Source: Podarcis melisellensis
Taxonomy: Eukaryota
Assembly (NCBI GenBank): GCA_964234715.1
Contig: OZ174275.1
Direction: 5' to 3' (one strand)
Length of the DNA: 64,000 bases
The notes under the pieces were generated by a model. It saw nothing but the letters and a program-made list of their open reading frames with translations. It was not told the origin of the DNA and did not search any database. This document shows positions 24,318 through 35,261 of the stretch, in pieces. Made by a program: the position numbers and the translations under genes. Within the stretch, counting starts at the first letter, position 1; every line of letters begins with the position of its first letter.

Positions 24318-25377
24318 GTGCAACGGGCTTCTCTCATGTCATCAGACTTTGGGCACCTCCTGGGGGTCAGATGCATATTTTCCATTCACAAGCTCTCTGC
24401 AGTACAAAACAGGCAAGATAGACACTCCAGCTTGTGGTGGTCATTTGCATGGCAACAGGACTGACTGGGCAGGCACAAAGCTGTGCAACCTACATGGGTG
24501 ACTCTGAGCAATGAGCTTAACAGTGTACCAGAGAATAGGCACTTCTCTTTCCCCTGGATACCTTCCAGGGTCCCAAAGTTTTACTCTGCAGCATCAAAAT
24601 GAGAGCACGGAAGAATGGCAATGTGGAGATGCTATCGGATGCAAAGAAGTTGCTCTGTGCCTTCCTGCCTGAATCAGTAGTGGAGAGAAAGGCAACAGTG
24701 GCAGTGCATAAATGGCTGGACCGCCACAAACCAACAAGCAAAATCCCCAGGTTGCTTATGCTTCAGGTGCGCCCTAGTGTGCAGTCCTGCAGTCTTCACT
24801 GTGCCCCAGGTTGGTTGTACTTCAAATGGGTGCTGATGCATAACTGAGCTGCTGACATCTGAACCTCACGGCTGACACAGAACTTGGTGTTCTGGCGGCA
24901 GGAGCGATATCAGTGTTGAGTCAGAGCGCACTGCGCTGTTCCCAGTTTGAGAGCGCTCCTGCCACTTCCTGCCACCTTGGTGCTTCAGACAATGCGCATG
25001 CACACAGAGAGTCTTTGATGCTGGCAATGCAATTGCAAATGTTCCAGAATCAGCAGCTCCCTTCAGTGATGTGAGGCAAGCTGTGTGTATACCTCGGCTG
25101 TCCTATTTGGCAGTCTGCAGAGTCAGCTATATGGAAGCCACATTTAAGTTTATTTCCATTTACTACCACATTTAAGTTCTCTAAAACAAACACAACAGGT
25201 ATTAAAATCCAACAGAATAAAGGGAATGTCAGACAAGATGGGGAAAGGCAAGAGGAAATGATTGAAGGAGGGGGGGGGGACACAGAAAGCAAGCAGGGCC
25301 TTTTAGCTTCAAAGCTAAGTTTCATCTCTGCCATGTGATTTTATACTGCCTTCACTTATTTTTGTTGCTAATATGTA

Positions 25378-25660
25378 CCGTATTTTTCGCCCTATAGGAC
25401 ACACTTTTCCCCTTCCAAAAATGAAAGGGAAATCTGTGTGCGTCCTATGGGGCGAATGCAGGTTTTCGCTGAAGCTTGGAGAGCGAGAGGGGTCCCGCAG
25501 GGCTCCCTAGGTTGCGGATAGCAGCCTGCTGCCCGGAGCGTGGGGCACGCTGAAGCCGCGGCTGGGGAAAAAAAAATAATTTTCCCCCCCTTTATTCCCC
25601 CCCCCAAAAAAACTAGGTGCGTCCTATGGGCCGGTGCATCCTATAGGGCGAAAAATACGG
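25378..25660. mobile_element. Tc1/mariner-superfamily (Tc2/pogo-like) MITE, young
   Basis: Perfect 22-bp TIR CCGTATTTTTCGCCCTATAGGA, TA TSD, CpG retained. Confidence 0.9.
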
Positions 25661-26358
25661 TATATGCTGTTATTTTATGAATTTTAGCTGGGGGTTTTTT
25701 AATTCCTTGACCATGTAAGCCATACTGAAAAGCAGCAGGATGTAAATATCTAAATAAGTAATATTTTATTGGAAGAGGAAAAACAGGTAACCTGTGGCCC
25801 TCCAGATGATGTTCAATTCCCATCAGTCCCAACTAGAATGGCCACTAGTAAGAAATGATGGGGAGTTGTAGTCCAGCAACAACTGGAGGAACAGGGTTAG
25901 CTACCCTTGCATTAAGGACTGGGAGAAAGACAATTTTAACCCAAGAGGCACAATTAATTCTCTCCTGCATAAGCCTCACTGAAATGAGCACCATATCAAT
26001 GGAGAGCGTGAAAGAAAACATCCTGGCTGCTGGTTCCCCATCTTTACCCATGGAATTTGGGCCTTTGGCCCCCAGGCACCAACATGTCTTAAGGAAGCCC
26101 TGATCTGATATAGTCCCTCACAAAGCTGTCTTGCAGATCTCATATAAAGTGGGCCCATCAGTAAAGACCATCAGACGATGAACAGATGCTGCACTTGCGC
26201 TGCACCTTTTAATTGGCAGAGCATCGGGAAAAATTAGCTGGCCAACAGAAACCAATTTTAAATCTATGAACATTTTAAACAAGTGGGACTGTGAGTTAAG
26301 GGAATAGAACTTTGGGGCAATGTTGGCGTGCCATTCATTTGGCTAATGTGTAACTAGC

Positions 26359-26361
<3 letters not shown>

Positions 26362-26411
<50 letters not shown>
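26362..26411. repeat. (AC)25 microsatellite
   Basis: Seen directly. Confidence 0.98.
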
Positions 26412-26413
<2 letters not shown>

Positions 26414-26469
26414 TACACTTAACTTCACTATCTCATTAATGAACCTAGATTTGGCTTTGGGTAATACGC

Positions 26470-26643
26470 CTATTTATTTAATTTATATTTAATTTCTTAC
26501 ATGTATACCTCACTTTTCTTCTATTATGGAACCTAAGGCAGCATACATGCAGTCTAGCAGGAGGGACCCATCCAGGCACTGAGCAGAATCAGGCTTGTTT
26601 AACTTCAGCAAGGTTGTGGGCTCATATGCCTTCAGACCATACC
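26470..26643 (-). mobile_element. 5S rRNA-derived SINE-like element with L2-type tail
   Basis: Minus strand gctgaagttaaacaagcctgattctgctcagtgcctggatggg resembles the 5S internal control region GAAGCTAAGCAGGG...TTAGTACTTGGATGGG; A-rich tail. Confidence 0.5.
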
Positions 26644-29600
26644 TTGGGTCAACAGACAGATGATCAATCAACTAATAATTCTTTTAATTTGGTGAACAAC
26701 CCAACCGTGAGCAAAGCCCCTGGATTTAAATGGGTAAACGCTGTGGAATTAGTAGTTTCCAGTCATCAGAAAATGGGTACATGTACAGAGCTGTCAGAAA
26801 TCTCCAAAAAGAACGGTAACAGAAATTCCATTATCTAGACTTGGAGGCATCTTTCCCCATGCCCATAAGTGGCTGAATCCAGTCTCTTTCTCCAGTGACT
26901 GGCAAGCATTAAAGGGAAGCAAGAGTTTCTCATGTGATTTTTTTCCAGCTTAGCATCCTGCTGTTCACAAAGCTAATCCTTAAGCCCTCCAGTCTCCAAT
27001 GCGCCTGCTGCATTCCTCAGAGACCCATGAGGCAATTACCAACCAGACAGAGGCTCCATTTAGGTTGAAGGGTCACTGGCTAAACCAAGTGGAAAACGCA
27101 TTCATGACTGTTCCCTGATCTTCCTCATTTCCCTGCTCACCGGAGTGCAAAGGCATCAACATCTGTACCTTCCCATTAACACCGTGTGTCTAAAACAAAC
27201 AAACAAAAAACCCTAGCCCAGACAGTCTCTCATGGGTTCCATGTCTTACTTGCATATATGTAAAATGCAAGAAGACCAGACAGCCTTTGCCATTTGCCTG
27301 TTATGGAAGAGAGTGAGACAACACAGGCAAGAAGGCACAAACTAGTTATTCATTCATTTATTTTGCAAAGAAACAAGGAAAACACCTGCTATAATCAGTG
27401 CATTAAGGAGAGGAGAAGACATTGCTGTGTGTTTGCCTCCTTAAAACTTACAGAACTAACTCCAAGCACCACAGATCTGTTACCCAGCATTGCTTCAAAG
27501 GGTGGGTGGGGGAGCCCAGATTTTGTTGTGGGGTGATATGTGGAGAGCAGAAGAAAGGGTGCATGGGTGGAGTCTACCATATTCACAAGTGACGATTCCC
27601 ACAGCCTAACATGCTATTGTGGTGCATATTCTTTGAGGGCCCCTATTTGAACAGAACTGTAGGGTTTATTTTCTATTATACAAGATGTGCAACTGGGTTT
27701 GTGGACCAGGTTATGATTTCCTAGCACTTCAGTCCCCCCCCCCCCCCGGGTAGAGTTATAAGCCACACCACCCAAGCCGCATAGCCCTCATTAGCAGCAG
27801 CCTGTAGGAACAAGGTGGCCATATCAAAGGCAGCCACATTCATACTGTGATCTGGAAAAGCCTGTGCTTCCTTGAAAACGGCTCCTCAGCAAGGAGATCG
27901 GGAAAGAAAGACAGGATTTCCCATCACAGACAATCTTGTGCTGTAACGTACATCTGTAGTGATGTGAAAGCCCTGAATATAGGAAGTTTACAAACCACCA
28001 TTTTTAGGTTTAGTTTAAAACCCAGTCACTCCCATCTTGCCCTCCATTCTCCCTGTTTTGTCGCTCTTTTTAATTTTATTATGTTTATATCCCACCTTTC
28101 TTCCGTCCAGGCACTGTCCAGAGCCAGACCTCTTTAGCTTCAGTCAAGTGGTGGTCTCATACGGTGCCTTGGGGCCATATCCTGGGAACTATGTGACTTC
28201 CATGGCAAGGACTTTGGAGACAGGAACCCAGCTCCTAAGCTGTACTGTACAAGACTGTTACCTGTACTCAGCTCTTGGGACAGGCTGACTTCTGTTCCAA
28301 GGTTCTTAGAAAAGTAAGAGCAGTTAATTATAAAGTGGGTGGCTCTTGGTGGGGAAGGGTGTCTCTTGTAAAAAAGGGTTTTGCCTTTTATAAAATAACA
28401 GTTGAGATTCTGCCTGCAAGTGAGCTTTCCAGTGGTATTTGACTGTGTAAACACATCCACATACTATCAGTGATAACTATGCTAAAGCAAGGGGAGTTAT
28501 GCTACAAGCTGAAGGAATGCAATGTGTGTGAATAACTCCCAATTTTATTCAGGCTGCAAACTCCAAGGGATCAGGTTGAACTTTTGTAGCCTCATTAGTT
28601 TGCCCAGTAAGGGGTGGATTCCAAGGCAAATGAGAAGAGCTTCCCACATCTCTACTTCATGCTACAAAGCTTAAGCTCTCACTGCCGGGAGATGTATATT
28701 GTTAGCGTTTAGGTATCCAAAATGCCAGATTCCCAGGATGTGTATGGACATGTTGGTGAGGCCCCTCTGTCAGGTTCTAATCCCGTAACTTTGTTCCAGG
28801 AGAAAGTCAATGCCCCATAGCTTGATCACTGGCCCTAGATCACGGCCCCTAGAACCTAACATCCTAGATAAGAACAGCAAAAAGCATTCACACATTGCCT
28901 TTCCCCCCCCATACACTGGAATCTCCCGCAAAAGGGCTGCCTTACTCAAGAAGCCTATTAGTGTGTACATCAGATGAACATTACTGGTGCATGCATCCAC
29001 TCACTTTGCTGAACACAGTGCAGATTCATGTTGTTTTTATTTATAACACATGTCCACAAAAGGAAGGCAAATGGTCATGTAAACGTTTAGGAAAAAGGCC
29101 ATAAAGCCACTTGTGTGCTAATATTAATTATTCATATAGCTCCTGGGCAAGTGACAGAATAATGACTCCATGCCTGAGATTTGCATTAGCAACAGCTGGA
29201 GGTTGTGCAGGAACCTTTCTTTAGTCATAGGACTAAAAAAAAAGGGCCTGGATTACTAGCCAGTCATCCATTCAGAGCCCTTGTGCCTATTGAAGCACAG
29301 AACTTTTGATGAGTCTTTAGAGTTGGAGGAGGGAAGAGAAGGTGTGTAAGGTCTGTAGGCAAAGGAACTGCTCTCCATACCCTTTGTAAGGATTGCTCAA
29401 TGAAAGGGACATGCAGTGTTGCTGTTCAAACAAATAATGAAGCCCATCACACAGCAGGGGATTGATTCACTGTGACACAACTGCAACCCCTTCCTATGGT
29501 GGACCCCTGCAGTGCCCAGATGCAGAGGCCCCCAAATCCTCACACATGCTAGAAATAAGACAAGCAACTTTGAGGAGCCTTTTAAGTGAGGCTGCCTGGA

Positions 29601-30899
29601 TATAGGTCAGGTGCACTGAGCTGGGGTAGAAGCTCTAGAAAGCAGCAAGTGCCAGCATGACACCCAGTTTCATAATCCCTTCTCCTGCTGACATCATCAT
29701 TGCTGGAGGGCACACCAACTGCTGAAAGCCTGCTTTCTTGATCTTTCCAATAAAACCACTGTGCCAGCTAGATGCAATAGAAGTATCTGTGTCAGGAGAA
29801 GACTCATGGGCTGTGCACCCTTCACCCTGTCTATGCAGATCTCGGCCTAGAGGAAGGGGGGTGAAAGAAAGTGATAGTTTGGAGGAAGGAAATAAGGTAC
29901 AAGGAAAATAAGAGAAGAAATTACAGAAGATAGGTAATATATATATATTCACTTGAGAGGCATGTAGAGGAAAGGAAAACAAAAGAAAAAGCTTTCATCA
30001 GCAAATGCGGAGGACATCACAATACTTCCAAAACAAATGTTTGTACTTAGCTTGAGATAAGTGAAGTGATGGGACACCTCTGCCACAAGGAAAAAGCTCA
30101 AGCAAAGAACTTCCAAATATGGCTTAGATCTCAGTAGAAAAGGATGCCAGTAATTGCCAGCAGGTTATGCCATACTCTGCCTCCACCTGGCACTGTGACT
30201 GGTTCTGCCCACCCTCCCTGCACCACCATTTTGTAACTGGTGGGCCTCAGTAATTTTCAGCCGTCTCAAGTGGGCTTTAGAGTTGGAAAGTTTGAGGACC
30301 GACCCCTGTTCTAGGAGATGCTGCCTTACACCAAACGGCTACAGGATCATACAACACTGGCTAATTATGAAGACGACTGGAGGGTATTCCTAATTCTTAG
30401 GAAAGGCTACAGTAGATCAGTAGCAGATCACACACTTTGCATGTAACCCCTTCCCTGTCCATTCAATCATTTGAACCACCAGCTCAGGGTGATGCCGTGC
30501 AGAGGCAGTGCCGATTAATGTGGGCACCCCTGAACAGAGGCACCAATGGCCAGTCTTCCATGAACCACCCTTCGCTGTTATGCACACACGTCCCAATATC
30601 AAGTTTTATTTATTAAAAGCACGTTACCTAGCTATTGAGTGGAAACAGCGCCTTAGATGTTACCAATAACAAGGCAACCCCTGCCCGTTCTAATCTAAAA
30701 GATGTGAGGGGGGGAGAGGGAGGTTGGGAAGAGGCAAGCAACGTCTGGCAGCAGCGAAGTTACAAAGTTCTTCCGATCAGCTTGAATGAGAAAGGGAGGG
30801 AGAGGAGGAGCCAGACAGCTGGTCTCTTTGAGGTAACCAAACATTAAGAGGTTTCCAGGAGGTGTACAGCCCTGCTGGTGGGTCCCTTTTTTGTTCAGT

Positions 30900-33250
30900 C
30901 CTGTTCGAAACCCGCCACACACACAAACACACTCACTCATTCACAGAAGGGGTTTAGGAAAAGAGCGGAGACCTAACCCGCGCCGCCCACCTTCCGCCGC
31001 GGCTTGTGAGTGAGCGGGTCGCCAGCACCGCGCGGGCGCGACGTGCCCTTCACGGGCCAGTAAACTGAGCTGCTGGGAAAGAGGAACAAGGGAGCTGTCG
31101 GGGGAGCGAATGCCGCTGCTGGGGTGGTTTCATACTAGAGAGCTTAAGGAAGTTTCAAGGATCCTGGAAATCAGCTCAATAGAGAGAGCGCTTTCACTGG
31201 AGGGCGGGGAAGAGTGTGGCTGTGGGTAGAATTCTGCACACCTCCGTAACTGCGCAAGCCCACCGCCCCCACCCCAACCACCCCTACCGCGGTGCCGTGC
31301 GCTCTGCGCCCCCGGGGCAATGCCTTCCGCAACCCTGATTACGCGCGAGGTAACAAGCAAGGACGCAGCGCGATCTCTCGCCCACGGGGAAATTGGTGGG
31401 AGGCGCCACCGGTGTTGCTTCACAGGGACCTCCGAGCATCTGGCCCGACGATCCTCTCCCCTCCTCCACTTTCCTTCCCACCTGCTGCAGGCGCTCCCAG
31501 CAAGCCCAGGTGTCCTTACCTGGCTCTTGTCCTCCGTCCGCCGCCTCCCCCCTGGCCCTGAGCTTTGCGCGCAGCCCACAGACAGCAGCGCCCTTTTCTA
31601 CGCTTCCTCTGCCCTCTTTTCCTTGCTTGCACACGCCTCCCTTTGGGATCAGTCACTTTCCTCTCCTTTCTTTTGTTAATTCCCGGAGCCGGGGCCTCCC
31701 CTCCCCTCCCCGGAAGGCGAAGAACAAAAGGAAAGCCCACAAAAGGAAAAAGGTTACATTAACTTTCTGCTCAGCCATCGCAAAGTCGCCCAGGGCAAAG
31801 GGGAAGCCGCCTGCTCCGCCTCCCCTCGCCCCCCCCCCTTACCTTGACTCAGCCGAGCTGCCCCTTCCTCCCCTCCGGTAAGTTGAGGCAAGAAAAAACT
31901 CGCATCGCCACCGGAGGGCTCGAGAAAAGCGCCGCCACTGCTAGAAGTGCCAAAAATAAAGTAAACACAGAGGGTCACCGCTGCCCACGTGAGAAGCGGC
32001 GCGGCGTCCCGGGAGCTCCGAGAAAAGAGCCTCGGCTGGGAGGAGGAGGAGGAGGCGAGCGAAAGTGGCGGCAATTAACTCCGCAGGCGCCGGGGCTGAC
32101 CCCAACTCAGGACGCCTGGCAGCAGCAGCAGGGTTGAACCCGGATGTGGGAGCCCCCGGGACCTGAATCCGACAGTCAGCCGAGCCTGACCTGAAAACCC
32201 AACTCTCGGGTTAGTTCGTCCTATAAAGAATTAACACGGCGGGTCCCTGCCCTAGAATGACATGCTCGCTGCACTGTTTGAATGGCACCTGCTCATGCCC
32301 ATCTAGTTTCCTCTTACTGTTTTTATAACACACACTCGTGCATGTTTACACAGAGGTAAGTCCCGCTGCATTCAATGGGGCTTACTTCCCAGTATTTACT
32401 AGGAATAAATCTCACTGGGATCAAGCCTTTGTTGTTGTTTTGTCGTGTCCTACTCTTCGTGACCCCATGGACCAGAGCACGCCAGGCAACTTTTGAGGAG
32501 TGAGCTTTTTCTTTTTCAATAAAGAAAGACGAACTCTTGTATCGCGGGTTTCCCACAAGCATCTAGTTAGCCACTATGAGAACCAGATACTGGACTAAGC
32601 TGGGCCACCGGCTCTTCTGTTCTTACGATACACCAAGATCTATGGCCGTGCAATGTGAGAGATGCATCGAGTGTGCCTGTTTGCTCGCAGGCGAGGTTGG
32701 AGAGGCTTCTCCAAAAATAATCAGGCAGCTCCGGTCACCTTTTTTCTGTCCTGCTTGAAAATAAAAGCGTTCGGGGGATTCATCAAAGCCCCATCCACCC
32801 GAAAAGGTCTCGAAGAAACAGGAGCCTCTTCTTATCTAGGAGCCTCCAGGCCGGGAGACTCGGAGGCAACGCGCGCCGTGCCGAGGACCTGGAAGGAGCC
32901 CGGGCGACGAGCCTGCAGGAATGCCAACTATGCGGAGGCTGCCTGTACCTGCAGCTGCTCCCTTGCTGATGGCCCCCCGGCCCGCACGGGGAGGAAGAGA
33001 GAGAGAGATTCTCCTCCAGCATCCGCGAAGAAACGAGCAGCGCCCGAGAAAAACCATACCTGGGGCGGAGAGGGAAACCAGCTTCCCTTCACGCCCGGTA
33101 CAAGCAAGTGCAGACCCGCCTGCACTCGCGGGCCGTCTGGGCCTTCGTACCAGCGAGACGCAGAGATGTCTGCCCCCAGGCTACCATTTATTTCCATTAC
33201 AAAACTGCAACGACAACGAAGCTCTCGGGGAGTTTTTCCAGCTAGTTTGC
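30900..33250. promoter_or_regulatory. CpG island, candidate proximal LARGE2 promoter with non-coding first exon(s)
   Basis: High GC and CpG; minus-strand donors CAG|gtaagg (exon end 31520) and AAG|gtaagg (exon end 31843); ~9 kb upstream of the ATG exon, which has its own acceptor. Confidence 0.7.
32429..32488 (-). mobile_element. BovB (RTE) LINE 3' tip
   Basis: ttgttgttg...tcgtgtcctactcttcgtgaccccatggaccagagcacgccaggc, typical BovB 3' end with (CAA)n tail. Confidence 0.75.
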
Positions 33251-33664
33251 AGACCCACCTTTAACGGCTCTAAAGGGAGGTGGGGTGTTAATTGTACAAA
33301 GAAACTAATAACTCCTTTCCAGTTGTCACATTCCCAACAAACATGCATAGAAAAAGGGTACAGGTCTGGCCCTAGCCTAGGGTATGACCAATCAGAGGAG
33401 AGCAGAGGGAAGATATTAAAAGCAGTGAAATGTATCTTCTAGTCAAACAGTTTTTGTATGTTGTGGGTAGAGGCGGGGAGAAGATGGACAAAGTTTCTTT
33501 TGTGGAATGCATGACTTCTGCAGGACAGGCCATTTCTGAGTTTTCCCTCTCCAAGAAACGCAGCAAGAGCGAGAGGGTGGAGAAGGTTTTTAGGGAAAGG
33601 TCATTAAGCGTGCAGCTCTGCTGGAGCCACACATTAAGAGATCCGAAGACACCCGTGTGTGCGT

Positions 33665-33665
<1 letters not shown>

Positions 33666-33695
<30 letters not shown>
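33666..33695. repeat. (CA)15 microsatellite
   Basis: Seen directly. Confidence 0.97.
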
Positions 33696-33697
<2 letters not shown>

Positions 33698-34784
33698 CAT
33701 AGTAATATGATGATTTACACATGCATCCATAGGCATATAATTTAGTGCAGTAGCTGCAGAATCATGAATATGACTGACAGATGAAAACCCTTTGGCCAAC
33801 TTTTTTAGGACACAGAAATGTGCTCTCCCATGTATACTTGCAAAGTGAAGCAAAGCACCACATATGCATGCGCACACAGAGCTTTTGCACATTAACAAGT
33901 ACTTTTGCTCCTATCCATTACCACGTTTTGGAATGTTGCTGCCTATGTCAGGACCTGTGCTAAGTTAACTCAAAGGAAGACAACCCTTAGCAAATGTAAG
34001 ACAAGACCTTTCTGTGACGGGTTAGATTTTTTTACTTCCCCTATGATCCTCTCTCGTGCCAGACAAAATAGTAGGCTGGCATAAATCACACAAGGAAGAG
34101 GGAAATCAAGGGACCAGAGGTCCTGCACCTTCAGTTCTAAGGAATCCTTTTGTCCCAAGAGAAAATCCTTCTCAAACCTCACCATATTAATTGGCTCCTT
34201 CTGTTATTCCTGGCTGGAATCTATCCTTCCTCAGCAGCTTCTTGCTTGCACTGGGCAAACATTGGCAGCAACAGGATGAGGAGCTTCCCAATAATGGCAT
34301 TCTTTGTTACCAACATACTCTTAGAAGGATGTAGATGAAACTGTTCACAGCATGTGACTGTTTTTGCTGCCCTACAGCCAACAGCCCCTCACTTCACTTC
34401 ATGGGCTCTTTATAGCTTGCAGCCACAAAAGGCAGGTAGCCTTTAAAAAACACCTCAAATCTCTATTTGTTATTGCTATTATGCTGCTTAGGTGGTGTGG
34501 GGGGGTGTACACAGAAACACACAACCCACAGATAAGTTTTGGAGCATTCCCCCCCCCATATTCTGAAAGTGTTTTGTTCATCCACACCAAATTACAGAGC
34601 CAGACATGTCTTGGGAGGCTGCCTTTTGCTCTTCCCTGTTCAATACTATACAAAGTGAACACTTATTGGAAAACTGAGGCATAGAAATCATGCAGCAGTA
34701 CAACACCATCCAGAAAACCTTCCCTATAAACTAACAGGATCAGGGCACATATCTCATGCCTAAATTCACACCACTGCAAGTACC

Positions 34785-35190
34785 AAAAAGGCCCATCTAG
34801 TCCAGCATTCTGTTGTCATAGTGGTCAGCCAATGCCTGTGGGACTGCTCCGGTGGGAAGGTAAACGGTGTTTCTGTGCGCTGCTCTGGTTCACCAGAAGC
34901 GGCTTAGTCATGCTGGCCACATGACCCAGAAGCTGTACGCCGGCTCCCTCGGCCAATAAAGCAAGATGAGCGACGCAACCCCAAAGTCGTCCGTGACTAG
35001 ACCTAATGGTCAGGGGTCCCTTTACCTTTTTAATGCCTGTGGGAAGCTTGCAAGCAGGACACGAGAGTAATATTCCTCTCCCGCTCATGTTCCCCAACAA
35101 CTGGTAACCAGAGACATACTGCCTCCAACATTGGAGCTGATATATAGTCATTATGCCTGGTAACTATTGATAGCCTCATTCTCCATAAAC
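34785..35190 (-). mobile_element. CR1-type LINE 3' fragment interrupted by a Sauria SINE
   Basis: ggcccatctagtccagcattctg...gcaagcaggac...ttccccaacaactggta...attgatagcc. Confidence 0.6.
34844..35031 (+). mobile_element. Sauria SINE, 5'-truncated, 13-bp TSD
   Basis: gggaaggtaaacgg...catgctggccacatgacc...ggggtccctttaccttt; TSD aatgcctgtggga at 34831-34843 and 35032-35044. Confidence 0.9.
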
Positions 35191-35213
35191 AGCAGAGTAG
35201 TTAAAAGCAACAC

Positions 35214-35261
35214 ATTTTGACTAATTTTGACTCCTATATTTTGACTAATTTTGACTCCTAT
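35214..35261. repeat. Perfect 24-bp tandem duplication
   Basis: attttgactaattttgactcctat x2. Confidence 0.95.

Noticed and set aside
31130-33442. Many overlapping 100-200 aa ORFs on both strands
   Set aside because: Stop-poor CpG-island sequence; low-complexity P/R/A/G translations with no family resemblance
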